The position numbers and the translations under genes were made by a program. Under the pieces are notes generated by a model. That model ran no database searches. It was not told the DNA's origin and saw only the letters and a list, made by a program, of their open reading frames with translations. A stretch of 64,000 bases of DNA, taken from positions 1,054,001-1,118,000 of the forward strand of contig OZ374564.1 in NCBI GenBank assembly GCA_977862235.1, read 5' to 3'. The DNA is from Dudresnaya verticillata. Its lineage: Eukaryota. Every line of letters starts with the position of its first letter. Within the stretch, counting starts at the first letter, position 1. This document shows, one piece after another, positions 46,017-56,318 of the stretch.

Positions 46017-47793
46017 CCCGAGGTTGGTTGTTGGTCAGGTCGGTACCGCGGTTGCGCCAACAAGAGCGCCCTCTTGTTGGCAACGGGCGGCAGAAGTCGG
46101 GATGATGTGTGTGGTGGGTGGCGGGTGAGGGCGGAAGCAGGTGCGGGGCCGCTTGGGGTTGCAGGTCGAGCTTATCATCAGGCCCTCCCCACGGGCGTGG
46201 CCCTCGAGTATCGATCGCCGCGGCGCGCGCGGTCGGTATACCGAAACTCGCTGCACGCGCGCGTGGCACGCTGTGCGAACCCTGATTTGATCCGGATCAA
46301 AACTGAGCGCCAATAATCTGCACACAGGTGTGTTAACGCAATTGCAGCGATAAGCCCAATCCAGATTTGATCCGGATCAGACTGCGGCGCCAATGATGCC
46401 CGCGCACAGCGCCGGACCGGGGGTGGTCGTACAGTGCAGTGCAGATACTGTTAACAGTTTACAATTGTAAAGATCTACGTGGCAGCTGGTTAGCTGCGAT
46501 CCCTGCAGCCACTCTCCGTTGATCATAACGTCGGTGCGCCTTGCGCATTCTCAATAGGGCCAATAGGCAGCAAGGCTTCCCCGGATCAGTCCAAATGGAC
46601 ATAAGCGCGGGAACGTTTGAGATGACATTTTGACATTTTTCGATTTTCGGCACGTGACAGCCTGGCTCTGCTTTTCTGCGGCAGAATTGCACCATCGTCG
46701 CGAGCAAGACCTCTCTAGATGGGTCAAAATGGCCGCTTTCCCTGCATGTGGGTGTTCCCCATGAGCTGACCCCAAACAGACACCGGGAACGAGACGCAGA
46801 ATGCTAAACTTGGTCTTCTATGTAGTTTCTTTTAGAAGATGTTCAAGTAGGTTCATCCACCTAACTACTACTAACTATAGAATACTGTTTGTAGTAGTAC
46901 TATGTAGTAGTACATTACCTCGATGACCGAGCTAGAACCTAACCTGATTTCATTACTACCACTACGTTCCCTGGGCTCCATGCGACTGCCCTGTGGCATT
47001 CCGGTTAAAAACGAAGGCCTGGAAGTAGCAGAACAGCATCCACACCCCTTAAAAAGGCCCTTTTTAAACCCTTTCGAAATTGTATCGGCCATATCTTCCA
47101 AACTTGCAGCCCAAACCCAACCATTTCCACACCCTTTACTATTCATAGCACATAAAATATTATGCACAAGAAACATCTGTACTTGATATCTTATTGTCGG
47201 CTTCTTAGTGCTTTCCCAGTTCTTCCCGGTATAGAAGCCGTCTGTACTGAAAGAAGTGTAAGCCATTCAGCAATTTCCATTGGACAAAATTATTATTTTT
47301 GCTGCGTATTAATTGTGGGTAATGACGCCGCAGCATAGCGGCTGTGATTTTTCCTATTGGCGAGATCGCCACCATGACGCCTTGATGGCGTCCAAGGCAT
47401 ATTAATTGTGGGTAATAGCGGCGCTGATAATTTTTCTATTGGCCAGATCGCCATCACGGGGTCATGATGGTGTCCGAGGAATTACCGCGCGGTGCAGTGC
47501 TGCCTGCTTCCCGAGAGCGCGTCGGAGCGCGCCAATTCACATGGGGCCAGCTGCGAATGCGAGCGCACCAAATCCGAAAGCACCCCATCACCCAGCCCCC
47601 GACGCCTTTCCCATCATCGCTACGCACCCTACCGCTGCCCTCGATTCTCTTCCCTACCACCCTACACCCGCTTCCCTCCCTCGGCCCCTGGGTGCTCAAC
47701 CTTTCCTCCTTTCCCTTCTCGTGCGGGCGCTGTTCACACACACTTTCTTCTGGTCAAGGCCTTTTCGCGTGCGGGCGCTGAATAACTACTGCA

Positions 47794-50700
47794 ATGGATG
47801 CGGTTGTCGGGATTGTAGACCCGCAAAGGAAAGTGACGTCGATCTTACAAGGAAGAATCGATGAAAATGGAGTCTACGAAACTCAAACCTTACAGGTTCA
47901 ACATGACGTAGTGCGAGATTCTGCTACAAACACTATGGAAGTATGTAATGAATCTTCTGTGAGATTCACTCACAGCCCTGGAGAGATGCCGTTAGCAGCT
48001 GCAGATCAAAATGTTGCGCTTCCGAATGGCCGTAACACGGCCGTTCGTGCAGCCGTGAGGGATAGGACAAGCGTAGGGACAGGTGCTCATGCGCCATCAG
48101 GGACCCGCAGCAATTCCAATATGGCTGCGGCACCACCACCGCAGGTGCCGTCTAGGCAGTAAAGGATACAGCCCGCACACAGAGTTGGAGCTTCTATTTT
48201 CAACGATTACCGAAGCTTTGCTAGAACACTGGATGAACCTGCTCTTCTCAAGAGGGCTGTAGATTTCTGTGTGGGTAATTTGTCCGCGTTGAACTGCAAT
48301 CCGTCCCCGCATGCGCTGCGTGTTTCGCATGGAAAATGTGACGGTCGAAAGGTTGCTATTGCATCGGCAACCTATCAGTGCGAAGAAAGTAGGAAAAGCT
48401 TGCTGGGTTTTCTATGGCAATCTGCGACTGGAAAAAGTCCCAGGACTGTTTGTGTTACGCTTTCGCATGATGGCTCTGGCTTAAAGGCCATCTGCTCATG
48501 TAATCCAATTGCCCACAACGTTTTTAGAGCACTCCAAGGCTTTCCTTGAGAATCAGAACCTTCAAGAGTTTGCTACTGACGTACTATCAGAAACCAGTCC
48601 AGCTGGAATTGGGCTCTACCGGGAGTACTTCGGTGTCGACGTCGACATGGAAGGGGGATTTCCAGTTACAGAACTGAGTACATTGTCTAACAAGTTCGCA
48701 GAGGAACGCAGAAAATGGGCTGTATGGCTATGTTTTGATAACACCACAAGCTTGTTCATCCCTGTGACGAAGAAGCCAGACCAACGTCATCAATGCCAAG
48801 CTTGCAGACGGCCATCCTACAAGAGAAGCTCCTGTCTTCACGAAATCTGTTCCTCTAGTGCCGGATACCGCGGTCAAAATCCCGTAAATGCGAACACGGA
48901 TAACCACGCTAGCACTCTGGGCGAGGGAGACGACCTGAAAACATACTGCCCGACCGACATTTCACTATCTATGTATCCTTGTTCCCCAGAGTCTCTTGCA
49001 ATGAGAAATTTGGCAAGGAGAATTGACATTCTAGAGCAAGAGGAAACTATCCTTCTCTACGACCCGCCAAATGTTTTCTGTTCACAATGCAGAACTACAC
49101 CCTTCCATGGTAACCATATTAATCGCCGAGCTGCGCTGTTTACTCTATCCCAGGGTACTGTCGAAGTTGTCGTACGAGACGCTCGCTGTATCTGTGAAAA
49201 ACGTTTTCCATACACTGGAAGATGGGATGCGGTCTTTCCCGTCCTCAAGGAGTCATTATACACAACTGAGCTGATGTATCAACTCGTAGACGCAGTCTTC
49301 ACCTGGGCTATTCCGGTTCGAAGTGCGAATGCTATCATAACTCGTGTCGGACGCTCTGATAGTAACCGATTGCGAATGAGTAAGCGGTCATACATGAACG
49401 AGAAGAAGCGCAGCAGAAGGCGAGTAAGTGAAGCTTTTGGATATCTTCTGATGACCATCAGCCTTAGTTGGGAGGAGAGCGGTGAACTATTCTCCTGCTC
49501 CAAATGTGAGGTACCCCTGAGCACAGAAGACAAACGCGTCCTTGGTTTGAACGAAAATGAAGACTATAGCGATATGAAAAGGTACAAAGGGGTCGTGATA
49601 GACGGCACCTCGGCAGGAATTATGCAGTCCCTACCAACGTTTGAGCGTCAGACAGTATCACTGAATGGAGTCAATCTCAGCAACAAGGTGATGATGAGAT
49701 CCAAGGCCAACAGGGTCGCCTTAAAAACTTGTTCTACGCAGCACGGAGAGCGATACTGAAGGCTGCTAAAAGGAACCACCAGCCAAGCGTGTCCTTCCCG
49801 CTATCGAAAATACTTTCGCAGAATCGAATCGACATTCTGCGTCTATATCTGGACAGGACTATTTGCTTCTGCAATACAAGCCCTTCACAGAGTCGAACCT
49901 GTAATCGAAAGAGGAAGCGATACGGGGTGGAGAAGGACTGCAGCAGCTGAGCACTTTGTTGCAGCAAAACTTCAGAATTGTTTCCGAAGGGACATCAAGC
50001 GATCGCGTGGAAATTAGACTCAATGAGGTCGAGCAGGACAGTGAGGAAGATGAGTGCGGTCCGAATATTGGTAACAATGAAAGCACGGACCCTGAAACTG
50101 ATTATGAGAGACACCGGCCGCAGTGGATTGCCCGTATCGTTTCAGGCAATTTGCACTGTACGGGACAATTCCTCGACGCAATGATTGACCTTGTGGAATT
50201 CCTGGTGACCGAGAATGTACTTTTTTGTTACGTTGTCCCAGCTCCAGGGGCGCCTCCAACATTCTGCGGAGGGGAAGAAGCTGATATTGACCTCGTCAGT
50301 TCGAACTGATCTGGTTCATCAGAGCCCAACAACGAAGAATTTTCAAGTAATGGGAAACCGAACACCTCTTTGAAAGGATTAACATCTCCATCCTTTGTAC
50401 TGCACAATGCGATTGTTTCCGCTTTGACTAAACTCGACACGTGCGAGCACGCGGGCCTGGGCTGGTCTGTGATAACTGAATCTCTGCACTAGCGTCGTCA
50501 TTCAGAAAAGTAGAGGAAGTCAATCCTATCCTGTATCGATTTGGTACACAGCTCATGCTTATTCTGGAAAGGGCAAGATCTGAAACGAAAACAATTGCGG
50601 GTCACGTTGCAAACCTGCTTCAAGAACACATTCGCGCTGCGAGAAGTGCCTGCAGCGACTACGACAGAAATGTTCCTGCACCTACAAAGAGCTTTGGAGA

Positions 50701-51426
50701 AATGTACGGTTCTGTGTTGCAGGAACCGATGGATGGTATCAACATAGCCCGACAGACAGGAATTTGTTTCCCTGGAAGAACCATGTACCGCCCGCAAATC
50801 GTCTTTGACCGCAAAGAGAGTCATCATTGCACGAAGAGATACACAAAGTCTCAGCGCTTCAGTCCTGGTATTCGGACGGTACAGTGCGTTTGTGAGCATC
50901 CAAAATGCATTGGATACATTGTCATGCAACAGGCAGAGTCTACATCGCTTGCGATATCTTCCGTCCTTTCCCACTTCAAAGTGCCTCCAAGAGTCATATA
51001 CTATGACAATGGATGTAACATGTTCAACTCAGCGCTCGTACGCGTTCCATGGCTTCTACATACCGCAAAGGTTGCAGTGGATAGATTCCACTACAAAGGG
51101 CATAAGCGCAGCCCATTTTTTGACGCTGACTACTACAGGTCAAACGACAGTCAACGCAGCACGGCTGCGGAGTCTATCAACTCAAGACTAGAAAAGTCTA
51201 TCCCTTTCCTACGCTTTCTGAAGGGGAGCATCTCGTCCCATTTCTAACGACGAGGCTTGCGAACCTAAATCTATCTGCGACCTTTCGACAGATTAACGGC
51301 CAGGATGACTTGGAAGATAGGGACATGAAGCCGTTCTACAGGGAGCTCAGTCTCTGTGACTGCGCGAACTGCGAGAATCCGCAGGTAGCCCGCTATGCCG
51401 TCGTGAAGGAAAATTTTGACTATTAG
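47794..51426 (+). pseudogene. KDZ-family transposase with upstream SWIM-like and Cys-cluster domains, fragmented
   Basis: ICSC...H, CQAC...CLH, CSQC...CIC, FSCSKC...VVIDGT, then CTKRY...PGI..QCVCEH..CIGY..M..AES, PRVIYYDNGCNM, VDRFHYKGH and AAESINSRL, the D..YDxxC..DxFH..H..E pattern of KDZ transposases. A frameshifted tail with CDCANC ends at 51426. Confidence 0.82.
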
Positions 51427-51866
51427 TAAGAAGCTGACGTTATTGCACAGCGATGCAGCGAGACCTATCATCTGCTGAGAATATGCATGCAGCCGGCCGA
51501 GCTTGGCGTATATACGCAATGACCCGTTGAAATTTGTGGGAGTGTACGGACAGGAGGGCGAACTGCCGTCTATGGCAGGCCTATTGACGTCTGTGGCAGG
51601 TTGTCCCAGCTCGGATATTGGATATTGGGAAACGGTATCTTTATGTTCAGTGCGCCTTGATCAGAGTAATCTTCATGGACTTGAGTTGGGTATAAATGAT
51701 CTTCCTGATGCACTGGATGTCTGCGTAGACCACCTCCCACATCCGTCACATTTTGGAAAAGCTCACTCACTCTGCCGAGATAATCGATTGCGTGCGCCTG
51801 CGCTGAAAACAAACTATTTCTATCACTAACAAAACCTTAACCTTAAGAAACTTCTTTGCTTTTCTC

Positions 51867-53219
51867 ATGATGAGGTCTGAAGAGCGCCGTGCTGTTCGTG
51901 AACGAACTGTGGAAGGGCTGAGTCTGCAGGCACTTGACCTGATCGACAAAACAGCCGAAGCACAGGCCCAATGGAATGGGGGAAGGTTTCATCTCATTCA
52001 AGAAATCGACCGAACAGGACCAAGTGGATCTTCTGGTGAGTATTCTGGTCAAATCAAAGTGCTCTACTCAGACACAATGGACTTCTCACGACCAGACTGC
52101 CAAAGACTGACAGCAAACTTTGTCAATGACATTCTTCTGTTCAGTTTAGCGACGAAAGGTGTCGGAGGGGCTGCTCAAGACCGCGCAGAGATTGATGAGG
52201 ATCCAATCAAGGCTGCATTCAGATGCGCAGAGCCTTTGGAATGGTTTCCGGGAGAAAGATATTCCCTATCATCAACCACCCAGACGGCAAGTGTGCATGT
52301 CCCCTTGCAGCATTTCAATAAGTTCAAGAGCCTTGAATATGAACCTTTGCACAACTTGTACAAGGGGTTCATTTACGGATCCATCTCTTATATGAAGAGC
52401 TTACCTCAGCACAAAGGCAAAACGTTTAGATCCCCGTTTGCTGCCATGACTCCACCATGGATGAGGGAGCGCATATGCTGCAGCACGGAGAATATTCGTA
52501 GCGACAAGTCTACAATTCCGCCGATGAGACGAATGAGAAACATTAGAAGCTCTCGAAGTCTGATGGCTGCCATACTGGTAGCGTTCTACCATCACAAGTT
52601 TAGCTATGCTAAACAAATACTAGATATTATGGTGAATCATCCAGAGAAGCTTCAGGGAGATTTATCCAACCTATTCACAGATTGTGGTGCCGAAGAGGAA
52701 GGCAACAGAAGCCGGGCTAGGAGTGAAGAAAGGATAACTGGTACGCCAAGGCCAAGTACGTGCGCACCAAAGGCAAGCGACCTCACAATTGAGGAATTGA
52801 CTCCTGTGCCGCAAACGCCTATGGATATGGCCGCCGCTTCCCCATTACCACCTGCAGAGAGTCAGGTTGAATCACAACTTGAATCTACAGAAAGTACAGG
52901 GGATAATAGAGATGATGTAGTCCCTGGCACCCCTCCTCCTGTTCAAACTTCGTCTGAGGGCATTACAATTGATCAACTATGCTCATCAGGCGAGTGCACA
53001 AGGGCTTCGTTTCAACAAGAATCGGCCGAGCAGTACCTTCAACGTGTGCGATCCCGTCAGCAAAACGATGCAAGAGGGATCCAAAGCGTCATTGACAATG
53101 TCCCTTCAAGTTCTGCAGCGCGTGCACATGGGCATGGTAGCGAATCCACAGAAACAGATATCGACCGGGACATTCCCGAAGTTCTCCGCTCTGAGGTTGA
53201 CAAGAATGATCCGTATTGA
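51867..53219 (+). CDS. Uncharacterised 450-aa ORF inside the KDZ transposon
   Basis: Long open frame downstream of the transposase and inside the right TIR. Globular-looking N-terminal half and acidic Ser/Pro-rich tail. Confidence 0.6.
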   Translation: MMRSEERRAVRERTVEGLSLQALDLIDKTAEAQAQWNGGRFHLIQEIDRTGPSGSSGEYSGQIKVLYSDTMDFSRPDCQRLTANFVNDILLFSLATKGVGGAAQDRAEIDEDPIKAAFRCAEPLEWFPGERYSLSSTTQTASVHVPLQHFNKFKSLEYEPLHNLYKGFIYGSISYMKSLPQHKGKTFRSPFAAMTPPWMRERICCSTENIRSDKSTIPPMRRMRNIRSSRSLMAAILVAFYHHKFSYAKQILDIMVNHPEKLQGDLSNLFTDCGAEEEGNRSRARSEERITGTPRPSTCAPKASDLTIEELTPVPQTPMDMAAASPLPPAESQVESQLESTESTGDNRDDVVPGTPPPVQTSSEGITIDQLCSSGECTRASFQQESAEQYLQRVRSRQQNDARGIQSVIDNVPSSSAARAHGHGSESTETDIDRDIPEVLRSEVDKNDPY

Positions 53220-54310
53220 ACCGCTGTTGTCCGCTTCCACGGTAGCTCAATTCGTGCGTACTGCTCTCTCGGGCATTTTTGTAAGCACAAAGCAGTGGCG
53301 AAGTTTCAGGAGCCTCGTTGGCTGCGGCTCAGGTGCGCGAAGTCCAGGGCACCAACGCATCCCGAGTGCATGGCACAGTCACAGAATAACAGTGGAGCAC
53401 GCTTTCAGCTCATCTGCATTGCCTGCAACCGACACTGGAAGTAATATGTACAAGTGATGTTCACAGCGCCCGCACGCATTGAAAGGGGCTACGTTGGTAG
53501 GCCAAAGACGGAAGGAAGTTGAGGACTTGGAGTGGATTGTGAACAGCGCCCGCACGCGATTAAGGGGGAAGGAGGACCGTGGTGTGGAAGAGTACGGTAT
53601 TGTAGCAGGTTGGGAAGTGGTTTCCAACGTATTGGTGTGGTGGCTGAGGGAGCATGAAAACGAGTCTCCAAGCAGAAAGTGAGACTGTCATTTAGCTAGA
53701 TAGTACAGTATCGTAGCAATTCGTAGAAATTCAGAGCCCACGTGCGCCATAGTAAAAGCCCGCAGCAACGCTGGCCAAACATCATTTCTCCGATATCTGC
53801 ATTTCTCCGTAGCCCACGCCAGACCGGATAACCAGCGACCAGCGGCAACCGTAGTATCCGCCAGCAATGCAATCAGCTGCATTCCACGAGGGCAACCGTG
53901 GCATACGTGGCCTCCCTGGCACGGACTGGTCCGGACCGGTCCGGGTCGGAGACAGCCCGGTCCGCTTCAGCCAGAGCGGGCACTCTAAACTGTAATACTT
54001 TGCTGTAAGATATGGCTTACACTGCCACTGTGACGCAGAGCCCACCAGAGCCCATCAGAGTCGCTCTTTTGTACCGAAAGGGTACACTAGCTGTCCAAGT
54101 TTTACTTGGACAACAAAAAGGTTTCATTTCCAACATACGTACGCATACAATAATTGGCTCTCCTTCGTTGCCGTGTACCTTGCCAAGTTGTTCATAAACG
54201 GCCTGTTTTCGCATGTAACGCTCCTGTACCTACCTGCGCAGTTATATCTACTTTACTGGAAAACCACTTGCTATATCGTTATCTCCACGGTGCTGAACGT
54301 GCCCTACTCG

Positions 54311-54475
54311 GACGAGTAAGATCAAACGCGCGGATCAAATATATATCCCACCGCCAATCCACGGCGGGCCAGACCCAGAACCCCCGCCGACACAGCACCC
54401 ATCTCACCTTCACCCTCCACCACCCCCCCACCGTCATGGGCAGCCCCAGGCGCACCCGCAAGCACAACACCATCC
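54311..54475 (+). repeat. Right copy of the long flanking direct duplication
   Basis: Begins at the first base after the right TIR and matches 37493-37661. Confidence 0.92.
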
Positions 54476-55030
54476 GAATAACGTCTTCATTTTTTCCTGT
54501 TGCCATCAAAATATGTCCTCGAGCCGGCGCCCGAACAAGCACCGCCGTGGGGCGGCGGCCGGCGCCCCAACGACGAAGTAATCGATCTCGTCGACTCTGA
54601 CGACTCCTTCGTGCCCTTAACAGCGACGTTCTGCACGAAGTTGTGGCGATCTGCGGGTCGTGACGCTGGTCTACGCAAACACGGGTTCGAAGCGAAAGCG
54701 AGGGGCGGGTCTACACACTCTGCGACGGTGGTCGTCCGTGATCGCTTGCCCTTTTTTCTCTAACCTACTCAAAAGCGGATGGCCGCCGGCCCAGACCGGG
54801 GACATTGGCCCGGCTCAAGTGCTGTCGCGAGGGATGTGACCCCCGTGACACTCTAGGGCAGATAGTTTTGCCATAATATCTGCGAAGGTTGTTCATCGGG
54901 CGCCCGAGTGCGAGCGCATCGATTTCGCGGCAAGTAGGAATCCCGTGCCGAGTACGATTGTGCTGCGGGCTGAGCGTTACAGCGCCCCATGAACACTTGT
55001 CTCGTTAAGTGCATAGATATGATGTTCATT

Positions 55031-55582
55031 TTAATGAGAGTTGAGCAGCGCAATAGCCTGTTCTTTTAGGGCCCTCTGCTTTCCTGTGCCTAGGAAGACG
55101 GAGAGCATTGCTGGGACGTCCTCGTGAATCTGCTGGAGAGGTTCCCAAGTGCGATCGATTCGATCGGGGAGCCCTTCCCACTCCACCTGAATTTGAAAGC
55201 CGTTGTGAGTGTGACGTATGCTGCGGAGATCGCTAACATCTTGGTACGTCGTCGCAAGGTGCTTAGCAGCCCGAAGAAGGTCTGCCTCGACCTCTTTTCC
55301 CTCCATATCGGAACGATACAACTTGAGTCTGCAATCATGCACAACCGCTTGTGCATGATCGCGATCATGCATGATCGCGATCATGCACACTCGCTTATGG
55401 GAGAGGAGGTCCTCGACCTCATAGGTACCTAACGTCAGGATCGATGGCGCTGAAAGCACGCGACGAGGTCCTTTCCATTCGAAACGCAGCTTATGTCCTT
55501 TCTCTTGCCCAACGCGGACGAGGACAAAGTCTCCGACAGCGAAGTTCACTGGCTTCACATTAGTGTGACGATTGTGACGTTC
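55031..55582 (-). pseudogene. 3' end of pol (GPY/F-like integrase tail and chromodomain) of an older Gypsy element, interrupted by Gypsy-B
   Basis: FAVGDFVLV...KLRFEWKGPRRV...VH..RLKLY, then IQVEWEGLPDRIDRTWEPL. Confidence 0.85.
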
Positions 55583-56170
55583 TGTGGTGAAGTGAGCCGT
55601 GGCGCGCATGCCGCACGCCGACGGCGAGCCAACCGTAACGGCTGATGTGGCAATACGTCACGCTGACGATATGGCAACGTGTAGCCGTTTCGGGTGTGTG
55701 TGCGTATTGCTGTACGCTGGTACGCATTGCTGTACAGCAGTGTAGCGCACCAACCATACCGGAGTATTTGTAGTATTTATTCTCTATTATTAGTGAGTCT
55801 GTGTACAGTGTGTAGAGTAGTCTGGACCCCACAGACCGGACCGCTCGGTTCCACCCTGACTTGTAAATCAGGGCGGCACCGCAGCAGCCCCTAAGGTAAA
55901 CGGTAAAGCAACCTTAGCCCAATCCTTTACGGTTTTCCCCGCGCCAAGCCCGTTGCGGTCTACCATCACCACCGTTACGGAGTCCGTCCCGGCACTTGTA
56001 CCACCCCCTTGTCTGTTGCTTCCCAATATCCGTCTCGGTTAGCCGCTCGCTGTTCTCCCGTTTCGGTGCGAACTGCTCTACCACCCCGTGGAGGTAGTGT
56101 TGCTCTCGTCCGTTAAGGAAAGCCAGGCCAGCTGTCCGTCTCGGAGTTCGTGGGTTTTCACTACACCACA
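55583..56170 (+). repeat. Gypsy-B 5' LTR (inferred; partner not in window; expected TSD CGTTC)
   Basis: 7-bp inverted termini. It begins where the older pol frame breaks and is followed by the PBS at 56176-56190. Confidence 0.8.
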
Positions 56171-56318
56171 TCTTTTGGTCTCCCGACCTATAACACCGTC
56201 ACGGTTGGAAGAAACAGCCGTCGAAATACGCTACGGTAGGAATTCGGCTGTACCGACAACCCGTTACGGAATATTGGATAGACAAGCAATAACAACCGTT
56301 GTGTTCCGTTAAGGTATC

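Larger units (their letters stand above)
37662..54310 (+). mobile_element. 16.6-kb TIR DNA transposon of the KDZ (Kyakuja-Dileera-Zisupton) type with helicase cargo
   Basis: Left end GGGGTAGGGCACGTT; right end reverse complement CGAGTAGGGCACGTT (13/15 match). The mini-copy at 24684-24859 confirms both ends independently. Contains a KDZ-like transposase. Confidence 0.85.

Noticed and set aside
37493..54475. The 165-bp direct repeats read as the LTRs of a retroelement
   Set aside because: They lack TG...CA ends, PBS, PPT and any internal RT. They lie outside TIRs that the mini-element confirms independently.
54476..54850. Possible 3' LTR of the older minus-strand chromovirus starting at TGTCAC (54850)
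   Set aside because: No clear PPT, matching end or partner LTR is visible in the window.
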